A stretch of 19,636 nt of DNA from Methanocellales archaeon (GTDB taxonomy: Archaea; Halobacteriota; JAWCLZ01). The translations under genes were made by a program, and so were the position numbers. The stretch spans positions 1,073 through 20,708 of the forward strand of contig JAWCMA010000022.1 of assembly GCA_038850285.1 (NCBI GenBank), read 5' to 3'. This document shows, piece by piece, positions 10,218 to 18,047 of the stretch. A model generated the notes under the pieces. It was not told where the DNA came from and ran no database searches. It saw nothing but the letters and a program-made list of their open reading frames with translations. Each line of letters starts with the position of its first letter. Position 1 is the first letter of the stretch.

Positions 10218-10631
10218 TCACTTTAGCGGTACGAATTTGCTCGACCTAGTTGCACCTATACCAGCTGCGCCGTGCACTACTTTTTTACGCGTCAGTGCAA
10301 ATTCTCCAAGGTAGTGACCTATCATGTCTGGCAGTATTTCAACTGGGTGAAATTCCTTTCCACAGTGTACAAAGATTTTCTTGCCAACCATTTCTGGTAA
10401 AACAATCATATCGCGGAGATGAGTGCGCACATTAGGATCGCCGCTTCTGATCTTGGCAAGCAGTTTCTTATGCTTCTCTGATAAACCGCGTAGGAGTTTA
10501 CGCCTCTGCCTAGATGGCAAAAGCTTTGCTAATTCCTCAAGTTTCATTTTTTTGAGCTCACTTAAGGTATAGCCACGATATGTGAATTCTTCTTTTCGTC
10601 TTGGAACTTTGGTAATTTTCTCCCTCGCCAT
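10218..10631 (-). CDS. rps19: 30S ribosomal protein uS19
   Basis: [27 protein letters not shown] and [12 protein letters not shown] motifs; ATG at 10631 follows GGTGA. Confidence 0.96.
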   Translation of the reverse strand: MAREKITKVPRRKEEFTYRGYTLSELKKMKLEELAKLLPSRQRRKLLRGLSEKHKKLLAKIRSGDPNVRTHLRDMIVLPEMVGKKIFVHCGKEFHPVEILPDMIGHYLGEFALTRKKVVHGAAGIGATRSSKFVPLK

Positions 10632-10636
10632 GAATT

Positions 10637-11353
10637 TCACCTTTTAGCTCCAGTTCTCCTAGCTGCTATGCTTCCAACCTTTCTTCCCGGTGGCGTGCCG
10701 TGGCTAACAGTCTTAGGTCTGCCAGGATGCTGCCTCCCGCCGCCTCCGAATGGATGGTCAACAGCATTCATTGCAACTCCCCTCACTGTAGGCCATTTAG
10801 GGGAATGGGTTTTCATCTTCCAGTATTTCTTGCCTGCTTTTACAAAGGGCTTATCAATTCTACCTCCACCTGCTACAACTCCAATTGTTGCTTTGCATTT
10901 TGGATCAAGCCACTTCATCTCTCCACTTGGCAGCTGTACCATTGTTTTACCTACGTCGTGGGCAATGAGAATGCCATATGTACCAGAGGCTCTTGCGAAG
11001 TTACCTCCACTGCCTGGATGTGCTTCTATATTGCAGATTAATGCGCCTTCGGGTATTTCAGCCAGCGGGAGAGTATTGCCTGGCTTTATTTCCGCGGATA
11101 TGCCGCAGGCGATTTCATCTCCCACTGCGATTCCCTCTGGCACGAGTATGAGTCTTTCTTCCCCATTGTCCAGTCTAACTCTTGCAATTGGAGCACTCCT
11201 CGCTGGATCGTGCTCGATATCAACAACTAATCCTTTTACCGTTTCGCCCTCCTTAACTTTAATATGCTCTAGGTCTGCCTTGTATTTATGAGATGGAGCT
11301 CTATAGGTAGGCGAGCCCTTTCCTCTAGCTTGTGATATTATTCGCTTGCCCAT
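10637..11353 (-). CDS. rpl2: 50S ribosomal protein uL2
   Basis: [24 protein letters not shown] and PPGRKVG motifs. Confidence 0.97.
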   Translation of the reverse strand: MGKRIISQARGKGSPTYRAPSHKYKADLEHIKVKEGETVKGLVVDIEHDPARSAPIARVRLDNGEERLILVPEGIAVGDEIACGISAEIKPGNTLPLAEIPEGALICNIEAHPGSGGNFARASGTYGILIAHDVGKTMVQLPSGEMKWLDPKCKATIGVVAGGGRIDKPFVKAGKKYWKMKTHSPKWPTVRGVAMNAVDHPFGGGGRQHPGRPKTVSHGTPPGRKVGSIAARRTGAKR

Positions 11354-11363
11354 TTATTTCACC

Positions 11364-11612
11364 TCAGAATAGTCCTAAGCGAGTTGCTATTTCCTCAGCT
11401 TTATACTCTGAGCTTAATCTAACGGTTGCCTTCTTCTTGCCATTTGCAGTTATTATTGTATTTACACTTACAACTTTTACTCCATATAGCTTCTCAACTT
11501 CCTCTTTTATTTGCTTTTTATTTGCCTTCAAGTCGACGATAAATTGCAAGGCATTTTCTTTATCTATCAAAGTAGTTGCTTTTTCAGTAACATAGGGATG
11601 CTTTATGATCAT
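11364..11612 (-). CDS. rpl23: 50S ribosomal protein uL23
   Basis: P.VTEKA, VNT.I...G.KKA.VRL motifs. Confidence 0.96.
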   Translation of the reverse strand: MIIKHPYVTEKATTLIDKENALQFIVDLKANKKQIKEEVEKLYGVKVVSVNTIITANGKKKATVRLSSEYKAEEIATRLGLF

Positions 11613-12367
11613 GCAAATACCTCTTTAAGTGCCTTCATCGCACTTTCAGTCCAGAGAGTGAGCCTGCCAGCTTGAGTACCTGGAGCGAGTAGTTCAGCAT
11701 TCAATGTTTTTGGCGTTGCTATATCCACCCCTGGGAGATTTCGCGCTGCTTTGAAAATTTGATTCTCCTTTGAGGCAACTATCAAAAGGCTTTTTCCCTC
11801 TTTATATACTCTTCCACGCATTTTACCCTTGCCGGGCTTTAGCTTTATTGCATTCTTTACTCTTTCAATATCTCTCCAGAGCTTAAGTTTCTCTAGCACT
11901 GATTTCACTTCTTTTGTAGTTGCAAGTTCCTCAAATTTATCATCCACTACAATTGGGAGCTCCCCTTCGAATATATGCCCTCTTGCTTTCACAAGTGCTT
12001 TATCAATGGTTGCTGCGATCGCTGATCTAACTGCCATTTTTCTCTCTTTTTTATTTATTTTCTCCTCTAGAATTTTTTCAACCTTAGGGGGATGTGCTTC
12101 GCGTCCACCCACTGCTTGAGGAACAGCGGCTGCTCTAGAGCCACTGGTTATTCTAGGTACGCGTGAGACGCCGTGGCCAACGCCCCAGCTCTTGGCAGAG
12201 GTATTCATGCCGGCATATGGTTTGGTGCCCTTTGGCTGCAATCTATTAGCTTGAGCTGCTACCACAGCTCTTTTTATAATATCCGGGCGATATTGCTCTT
12301 CAAAGATTTTAGGCAGCTCTATTTCGCTTTTAACATTGCCCTCCAAATCCAGAACCTTGGCCTGCAT
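11609..12367 (-). CDS. rpl4: 50S ribosomal protein uL4
   Basis: RPDII.RAV, SAKSWG.G.G.SRVPR, GKGKMRGR and LAPG..AGRLT motifs. Confidence 0.97.
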   Translation of the reverse strand: MQAKVLDLEGNVKSEIELPKIFEEQYRPDIIKRAVVAAQANRLQPKGTKPYAGMNTSAKSWGVGHGVSRVPRITSGSRAAAVPQAVGGREAHPPKVEKILEEKINKKERKMAVRSAIAATIDKALVKARGHIFEGELPIVVDDKFEELATTKEVKSVLEKLKLWRDIERVKNAIKLKPGKGKMRGRVYKEGKSLLIVASKENQIFKAARNLPGVDIATPKTLNAELLAPGTQAGRLTLWTESAMKALKEVFA

Positions 12368-12370
12368 TTC

Positions 12371-13387
12371 CTATGCCCCCTGCTTTGATTCAAGGCTTAT
12401 GAAAGTAATCTCAGGTACATTTTTAGGTACCTCGCTTAATTTGATCGCTGGTCTCAATCTAACCAAGCGCTTAGCGGGTCCAGGTACTGAGCCTTGGAGC
12501 ATTATATAGCTATTTCTGACTATACCGTAATTTAAAAATCCGCCTTTTGGGGTAATATCAACGCCCGCGCTTCCTATCCTTAAAATACGCTTGTTGTAGT
12601 CCACGCGCTGGTGATAACCAGTTTGCCCAAGCTGCGGTACTCTCCAAGAAATATGCGCTGGATTCCAAGGGCCTAAAGTTCCAACGTGACGCTCCTTCCC
12701 CGTTCTGGAGTGCTTGCGTTTTTGAATGGCAATTCCCCAGCGCTTCACGGGTCCCTGCGTGCCTTTGCCTTTTGTAATTGCGAAAACATCTACGATATCT
12801 CCAGCTGTGAATACCTCTGTGACATCTATTTCTTTGCCTAAAATTTGCTTAGCATATTCAAATCTTGCCTTAAAGTCCCCACCCGCAATTCTATTCTCCA
12901 TTAATTCTGGCTTTTTCTTAGGTATGCCTGATACTCTATCTGGCAGCGTATATGTTACGGCAAAGAGCTCGCTAACTCTATCTTGAGCTATGAGTTCTTC
13001 AATTTTTTTAAGAGCAGCTTGGGTATCGTGGTTCTTTGGAAGGATAATAGCTCTCCCTAGGTTTTTTTCCAGATTTCCTGCCCAAGCTTCAGTTATTGCT
13101 TTCTTCCCATAGCTGGTTTGAGTATATGCCCTAATGGCAGCTACCTTCATCGGTGGTGTTTCAAGTACCGTAACTGGTACTGAGATTTCCATTCCCATGG
13201 TAGGGCTATTGGGTATATCATCCACTATTGTAATATGGGTCATGCCAGCTTTATATCCAGCGAAGCCCTGAATTTTTGGGCTTTCATCTTCCTCGGGCCA
13301 CGATCTTATTCTAGGTATTTCACGCTTGGCTCTTTTTCTAGGGCTATATGCTAATGAGCCTCGCCTAGGACGGTGTATCTTTCCCAT
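12371..13387 (-). CDS. rpl3: 50S ribosomal protein uL3
   Basis: PRRGSLAYSPRKRA, GYKAGMTH, TKGKGTQGPVKRWG and GSVPGP.KR motifs. ATG at 13387 follows an AGGAGG RBS; the longer ORF-track start overlaps the upstream gene. Confidence 0.97.
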   Translation of the reverse strand: MGKIHRPRRGSLAYSPRKRAKREIPRIRSWPEEDESPKIQGFAGYKAGMTHITIVDDIPNSPTMGMEISVPVTVLETPPMKVAAIRAYTQTSYGKKAITEAWAGNLEKNLGRAIILPKNHDTQAALKKIEELIAQDRVSELFAVTYTLPDRVSGIPKKKPELMENRIAGGDFKARFEYAKQILGKEIDVTEVFTAGDIVDVFAITKGKGTQGPVKRWGIAIQKRKHSRTGKERHVGTLGPWNPAHISWRVPQLGQTGYHQRVDYNKRILRIGSAGVDITPKGGFLNYGIVRNSYIMLQGSVPGPAKRLVRLRPAIKLSEVPKNVPEITFISLESKQGA

Positions 13388-13400
13388 ATTTCTCCTCCTT

Positions 13401-14231
13401 TCAGCGGAGCGCATTCAGCAATGCAAGTGTTGAATGAATTGCTTCTTCGCTCCTGACAGTTTGAGCACCTTGGTTTGGTATTGTATTTAATATGTAATCG
13501 GAAACATTCGAAAGCTCAATGCCTTCATCTCGCAGGATCTCAGTTAGACCTCGAGTGGGAGAGCCAAAGGCAATGGAGATGGAGCGGTTCTTGATCTCTT
13601 GAGCTATTTTGCTGAGTAATTTGAGATTCACCGCTTCTCCTTTTTTAGAGGTAGCTATCACGAGATCTTCGCTCTTGGAGAGGATTTTTCCAAGGCTCGA
13701 TCCAATTTCTACGCGATAGCCCCAGTTGGGGGGAATCTCATCCTGCCTCGCAACCTTTACCTCAAGGGGTTCTCGCGAAAAGATCTTGATGGTCAAGCGT
13801 TCCCCTTTTCGCGCTTTACCACTGTTGCGAAGAAGGGCTGGGCATTCAAGGCCAATTTCTACCCAAGCGCTTCCATCAGATCCTACATCGCGTATTATGC
13901 CTTCGCGAATGTCTCCGATGCTAGATGATTCTGATCCCAGTGGGTGATGCTGAGTGCGCAGAGGCGGGATCACACCTGCATAGCGCAGTATTTCAGATCT
14001 CGGAAACAGATACTTGCGGAGGTATTGAGGGGTTTCCGCATACCTCAATATTGTGCTTATGAATTTGCTGTCGTCGAACTCCCTGTCTTGGTATATTATT
14101 ATTTTGTCAACGCGGTATATTGCAGCGGCGCGAGCAATTGTTCCAATTTTATATGTCTTGATTTTTAGATCCTCTTTCTCCATTGTAAGTGAAGATGGAA
14201 TCAGCAGCGTCAGCTTCGCGCCTAGGGGCAT
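13401..14231 (-). CDS. SPOUT-class putative RNA methyltransferase (COG2106 / MTH1 / SPOUT1-like)
   Basis: KIG.IARAAAIYRVD.I, TPQYLRK.LFP, L.YAG.IPPLR..HH, FGSP.RGL and NTIPNQG..TVRSEEA motifs. This family commonly precedes rpl3 in archaea. Confidence 0.9.
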   Translation of the reverse strand: MPLGAKLTLLIPSSLTMEKEDLKIKTYKIGTIARAAAIYRVDKIIIYQDREFDDSKFISTILRYAETPQYLRKYLFPRSEILRYAGVIPPLRTQHHPLGSESSSIGDIREGIIRDVGSDGSAWVEIGLECPALLRNSGKARKGERLTIKIFSREPLEVKVARQDEIPPNWGYRVEIGSSLGKILSKSEDLVIATSKKGEAVNLKLLSKIAQEIKNRSISIAFGSPTRGLTEILRDEGIELSNVSDYILNTIPNQGAQTVRSEEAIHSTLALLNALR

Positions 14232-14262
14232 TGCATATTCTCAAATAAGTAGATATAAGATA

Positions 14263-14277
14263 TATTTAAAGATTTCC
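14263..14277 (-). promoter_or_regulatory. Candidate BRE/TATA promoter of the SPOUT-S10-spc cluster
   Basis: Minus strand reads GGAAATC-TTTAAATA; the TATA box ends 32 nt upstream of the ATG at 14231. Confidence 0.6.
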
Positions 14278-14283
14278 TAGCTA

Positions 14284-14496
14284 CTAGCTAATTTGAACTG
14301 TAGAATAGGAAAGAAGATATGAGCTTGAAACTTTATATTTCAATGTCTGCTTTGGCTCTTTTAAAAGCAGATTGCGCAATTTCCTTCTTCGCTTCCAAAC
14401 TACTTTAGAGAGCATTGCGATCTCGATTTTTGCAATTATTCTGCCAATTAAAAAACCAGTTATTATTCCTATGAGCAGTAGAATTTCCAGTGTCAA
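14284..14496 (-). CDS. Small single-TM protein with basic tail (ORF C, 70 aa)
   Basis: MTLEILLLIGIITGFLIGRIIAKIEIAMLSKVVWKRRRKLR...; TTG at 14496 preceded by GGGAGAG; similar to ORF B. Confidence 0.55.
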   Translation of the reverse strand: MTLEILLLIGIITGFLIGRIIAKIEIAMLSKVVWKRRRKLRNLLLKEPKQTLKYKVSSSYLLSYSTVQIS

Positions 14497-14501
14497 TTTT
14501 G

Positions 14502-14533
14502 CACTCTCCCTACACTCTCCCTTACACTCTCCC
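14502..14533. repeat. Three copies of GGGAGAGTG (minus strand) spanning the ORF B stop and ORF C RBS
   Basis: CACTCTCCC at 14502, 14513 and 14525 (11- and 12-bp period). Confidence 0.85.
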
Positions 14534-14641
14534 ACTTCTCTTTCTATGCTCGATCTTAAAAAATGCTATAACTTTGGTTGTGATTCTACCGAGCACGCTT
14601 CCCATTATTATTCCAATTATAAATGCATTTGTCGAAATCAT
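14522..14641 (-). CDS. Small single-TM protein with basic tail (ORF B, 39 aa), not in the ORF track
   Basis: Manual translation: MISTNAFIIGIIMGSVLGRITTKVIAFFKIEHRKRSGRV*. Shares IGIIxGxxxGRIxxK with ORF C. Confidence 0.55.
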   Translation of the reverse strand: MISTNAFIIGIIMGSVLGRITTKVIAFFKIEHRKRSGRV

Positions 14642-14735
14642 ATTATTTTTTCCCAAAATATACTATTTTAAGATTAATTAAGAAAATACTTGTCTAATTA
14701 ATAATAAATATGTTTTAAAATTAAACAAATTAACA

Positions 14736-14957
14736 TTATCTTAGATATCGAAGATATAGATAGCGAAGTTTGCGAGCGCGTTTAGACTTCTTATAGAAGT
14801 TGATCATTCTATCGCTATTCTTGGTATTGTTTTTAGGCAAGCGCTTAATATGCTTAACCTGTTCGCCGCGGATCAAAAGCTCGACTTTAATTAGCGAGAT
14901 CAGCAGTCCTAAAAATATCAATCCAAGGGTAAGGATAATTTCAGTGTATTTGGTCAT
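14736..14957 (-). CDS. Small single-TM protein with basic tail (ORF A, 73 aa)
   Basis: N-terminal hydrophobic segment IILTLGLIFLGLLISLI followed by a K/R-rich tail; GGTGA RBS at 14966-14970. Confidence 0.55.
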   Translation of the reverse strand: MTKYTEIILTLGLIFLGLLISLIKVELLIRGEQVKHIKRLPKNNTKNSDRMINFYKKSKRARKLRYLYLRYLR

Positions 14958-15018
14958 TTGCTAAATCACCAGCTGCCACTGGAGCCTATAGTCCGCTTAC
15001 TGGATTCATGGGAATTGA

Positions 15019-15815
15019 GGTACCCTGAGTTTAAAATAGATTTGGAGAAATATGCGGATAAATTTGAAGAAGTAAAACACAGCACCGGCGAGCTACCTGC
15101 TCTAGCGCTGCTCACCCACGTTGACTATAGATATGGGAATCTTGCGGATGCAAAGCGCGTAGGCGAGATCTGTGAGGAATACAATGTACCTTTTCTCTTG
15201 AACACAGCTTACAGCTCAGGTGTTATGCCAGTTGGAGGTAAAAAACTCAAGGTAGATTTCATCGCTGCAAGTGGACATAAAAGCTGGGCAGCTTCAGGAC
15301 CAATTGGGATTCTCGCCACCACTTATGAATGGAGTAGCAAACTGTTTAAAACCTCAAGCGTCAGAGGAAAGTGGAGCGGACGGAGGTTTAGTAAAAAAGA
15401 AATAGCTTTCTTCGGCTGCTCGCCAGTATTTGGCGCGCCAATTGCAACTCTCCTAGCTTCCTTCCCAGCAGTTGTGGAGAGAGTGAAGCACTGGGATGAG
15501 GAAGTTGAAAAAGCGCGCTTTTTTATAAAAGAACTTGAGAAAATTGAAGGGGTGAGGCAGCTTGGCGAGAAGCCTCATAATCATACTCTTATCAACTTCG
15601 AAGCTCTTCCCTTCTATGAAATTGCTAGGAAACACCGTAGAAAAGGCTACTTCCTATATCACGAATTGAAGGAGAGGAAAATAGTTGGTGTTCATCCAGG
15701 GATGAGCAAAAACTTTAAGCTGAATATCTATGGTCTTTCAAAAGCTGATGTTGAATATGTTGCAAATGCCTTTCAAGATATCGCGAGGCAGCATAAATTG
15801 AGGGTGGAAAGTTGA
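15019..15815 (+). pseudogene. pscS: O-phosphoseryl-tRNA:Cys-tRNA synthase (SepCysS), 5'-truncated
   Basis: YPEFKI, ALALLTHVD..YGNLADA, PLP-lysine motif SGHKSWAAS, GC, ASFP.VVERV..WDEE and GYFLY.ELK.R motifs. Homology starts abruptly at about 15019. The first 21 codons of the ORF-track call (TTG 14958) are non-homologous and abut ORF A with zero gap. Confidence 0.85.
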
Positions 15816-16801
15816 CTGTAAATTACAGAGAGATGTCAAATAAATTTCGAAAATTCTTTGAATTGCCATTTTCTCCAGTGGCAGTTAAGATTCTCAAGAG
15901 GGAGGAGAAAAGCAATGTGAATGCTCCCAAGCGCTACTGTGAAATGGTTAAGATCTCCGCAGCAGCTGGCGAAGAATATATCTTTGGCTTAGCTGATCTC
16001 TCTTGTGCGAATGCAGAGATAACCCTTGGCTTTACAGCGCCAGAGTATGTGGAGATCTATCCAAGGCTTGAAACTGGAACTAAAGCAGTTAAACTTGCAC
16101 CGCTTGAGAAGTGTAGCTTTGAGCCAGATGTTATATTAATCATTAGCACTCCTTCTAAGATCATGCGCATAGCAATAGCGCTCTCTAGATTGCGGAATAG
16201 AATGTTGAATGCCAAGTTCAAGGGGGAGTTCGCAGTATGCGGGGAGTGCACTGCCATTCCAATTGCTGAGCAGCAGATGAATATCTCATTGCTATGCGGA
16301 GGGGCGAGGATTTTCGGGGGATTTAAAGCTGATGAACTCGCAATGGGCTTGCCCTTTGGAGAATTCAAGGAACTGGTATTGAGCCTTAGAGAAAAAAATA
16401 TAACCTCAGCACTCTGCGGCTGTTTAATAGACGATTTACCTAGGAATGCGATTGAAGAGCTTGAAAAAATTGGCTTCCATAAAGCAACCGACCACTTCTT
16501 TGGGAGATTTAATGGTGAAATAGTAAGACTCTATGCCTCTAAAGATGAAAGAGGTAAAATTACCGCGATTACTTTGCATATACCTGTGAAGATCGCTGAA
16601 GAAGAGAAGATGCAGAAGTCTTTGGAATCGCTTCAAAGTCCATTTCTCTATCAGCGGAGAGAAAACTGGATAGACCTAGCGCTACCTATTGAGCTTGGTG
16701 AAAGTCTAAGTAGAGCAGCAATGAAGAGCGAGAAATTCAAGACAATTTTAAGTCAGAACATAGATTTAATCTTAAAGGAAGCCAAAAAGCTTCGCTTTTG
16801 A
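15812..16801 (+). CDS. DUF169 (COG2043) family protein with a C-terminal extension
   Basis: SPVAVK, RYCEMV, LSCANA...LGF, PDVILI, AVCGECTA.P, SLLCGGAR..GG and DELAMG.P motifs; TTG start overlaps the pscS stop (TTGA). Confidence 0.8.
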   Translation: MTVNYREMSNKFRKFFELPFSPVAVKILKREEKSNVNAPKRYCEMVKISAAAGEEYIFGLADLSCANAEITLGFTAPEYVEIYPRLETGTKAVKLAPLEKCSFEPDVILIISTPSKIMRIAIALSRLRNRMLNAKFKGEFAVCGECTAIPIAEQQMNISLLCGGARIFGGFKADELAMGLPFGEFKELVLSLREKNITSALCGCLIDDLPRNAIEELEKIGFHKATDHFFGRFNGEIVRLYASKDERGKITAITLHIPVKIAEEEKMQKSLESLQSPFLYQRRENWIDLALPIELGESLSRAAMKSEKFKTILSQNIDLILKEAKKLRF

Positions 16802-16896
16802 ATGTTTATAATTATAAAATAAAACTTTTGAAATTTTATTCTTTTTAATCAAAAATCTATTGAATTTAAAATTCCATTTAAGAAACGGAGGTAAAA

Positions 16897-17061
16897 ATGG
16901 CAGTAGATCCTGTTTGTAAAATGTTGGTAGATGAGGCAAAAACTCAATTTAAATCTGAGTACAGGGGAAAAACCTATTACTTCTGTGCCGCAGGATGTAA
17001 AAAAACATTTGAATCAAATCCAGAGAAATATCTAGGTGTACATAAAATGCATCATTATTAA
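16897..17061 (+). CDS. Stand-alone YHS/TRASH-domain metal-binding protein (54 aa), not in the ORF track
   Basis: MAVDPVCKMLVDEAKTQFKSEYRGKTYYFCAAGCKKTFESNPEKYLGVHKMHHY*; DPVC.M and YYFC...C...F..NPEKY signature; GGAGGT RBS at 16887-16892. Confidence 0.92.
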   Translation: MAVDPVCKMLVDEAKTQFKSEYRGKTYYFCAAGCKKTFESNPEKYLGVHKMHHY

Positions 17062-17099
17062 AATTTTAAAATTTTAAAAAATTTATTTTTATTTTCAAC

Positions 17100-17192
17100 T
17101 CAACCTTTCTTAGCTTGTTGCTCGTATTTCTTCTCCTCGAAATTAGCTTTCTCCTCGTGTTTACGAGAATGCTTTGATCCACAACAGCGCAT
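17100..17192 (-). CDS. Putative 30-aa Cys/His-containing peptide
   Basis: MRCCGSKHSRKHEEKANFEEKKYEQQAKKG*; strong GGGGTGA RBS 6 nt upstream of the ATG. Confidence 0.45.
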   Translation of the reverse strand: MRCCGSKHSRKHEEKANFEEKKYEQQAKKG

Positions 17193-17226
17193 ATTTTATC
17201 ACCCCTGTTCTTTTTGTATTCTTTAA

Positions 17227-17552
17227 TTTCCTGGGGTTAAAGATGCAAGTGTTGCTTTGAGGCTGAAAAAAGCAAATATCAGCTTCGACCCAATACTAGT
17301 GAATTTAAGACTTTTATTAAAGCCATAGATGAACAGGCTATAGACCAAAAATTAAGCAACAAGTTCGCTTAATGTTAATATTTCATTCCAATTACCAAGG
17401 AGAGCTTCCGCAAACCTTGAGCAAAATAAATGGAGTGATTCACGCGCGCATTGATGCTGCAGCTCAAATGGCAGGCATTGATTTCTACCATCGGAAATTA
17501 GTCCTACTGAGTTGATAAAGCTATAGAGAAATCTCGCTGTGGAGCAAAATTA
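17227..17552 (+). pseudogene. Decayed tandem heavy-metal-associated (HMA) domains (CopZ/CopA N-terminus-like)
   Basis: Piecewise translation: FPGVKDASVALRLKKANISFDP...FIKAIDE.GYRP, then LSKINGVIHARIDAAAQMAGIDF.PSEISPTELI.AIEKS..GAKL. These are two HMA C-terminal halves with several small indels and no start codon. Confidence 0.65.
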
Positions 17553-17652
17553 TGGCTGTTTTTTAATCTCTTAGGACAATTATGAATACTCTTTTTCCTT
17601 TTTCCTCTCCTTAAATATAACATCTTTAAATAACTATTAGTAATAATTTATG

Positions 17653-17669
17653 GAGAAATGATTAAATAT
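17653..17669 (+). promoter_or_regulatory. Candidate BRE/TATA for the winged-helix gene
   Basis: GAGAAATGA-TTAAATAT, ending about 32 nt upstream of ATG 17701. Confidence 0.45.
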
Positions 17670-17700
17670 AAGATATATAGATCTTATTGTGGTGGTTAAG

Positions 17701-17941
17701 ATGAGGGATCGTCTTTGCAGAGTATAGAGAAAAAATTTCAAAACTTCCTCCAAGTGCTAAGCTTGTGCTAAAGGTACTGCAATACAATGGCGCACTTACA
17801 ATGCAGCAAATAATCTTTGAAACTACTCTTCCATCGAGGACAGCTAGATATGCCATAGCATTGCTGGATAGAAACAATTTTTTGGAAAAACACTTCAATT
17901 TCAAAGACGCTAGGCAGATTCTATATAGAATAAAGACTTGA
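17701..17941 (+). pseudogene. Archaeal small MarR-like winged helix-turn-helix protein with a +1 frameshift just after the start codon
   Basis: Frame 17705-17941 reads ...KLPPSAKLVLKVLQYNGALTMQQIIFETTLPSRTARYAIALL.....LEK.FNFKDARQILY. The ATG at 17701 (GTGGTGG RBS) is one base out of frame. Confidence 0.75.
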
Positions 17942-18047
17942 AAAACTCTAATCTTACATTTTCAATTATGAATTGCAAGTCAAATCATATTACCAGGTGC
18001 AAATGTGCTTGAAAATCCCTCTTCTGGCTTCTTTTTAGGTATCTGAA

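Noticed and set aside
1783-14280. Numerous + strand ORFs of 60-207 aa in the ORF track (e.g. 3104-3589, 5928-6443, 10668-11291)
   Set aside because: They are antisense shadows of conserved r-protein/secY/SPOUT genes, with no recognisable motifs.
14372-14681. + strand ORFs 14372-14671 and 14490-14681
   Set aside because: They are antisense to ORFs B/C, which have better support (mutual paralogy, RBS-like motifs, same strand as neighbours).
14958-15020. TTG start and first 21 codons assigned to the SepCysS ORF
   Set aside because: Non-homologous to SepCysS, zero gap to the divergent ORF A ATG, and no room for an RBS or promoter.
17058-17077. Perfect 20-bp palindrome TTAAAATTTTAAAATTTTAA between convergent small ORFs
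   Set aside because: AT-only low-complexity sequence. It may serve as a bidirectional terminator region, but it cannot be distinguished from chance. The same applies to TTTATAATTATAAA at 16805-16818.
17662-17904. 80-aa - strand ORF from the track
   Set aside because: Antisense shadow of the + strand winged-helix gene.
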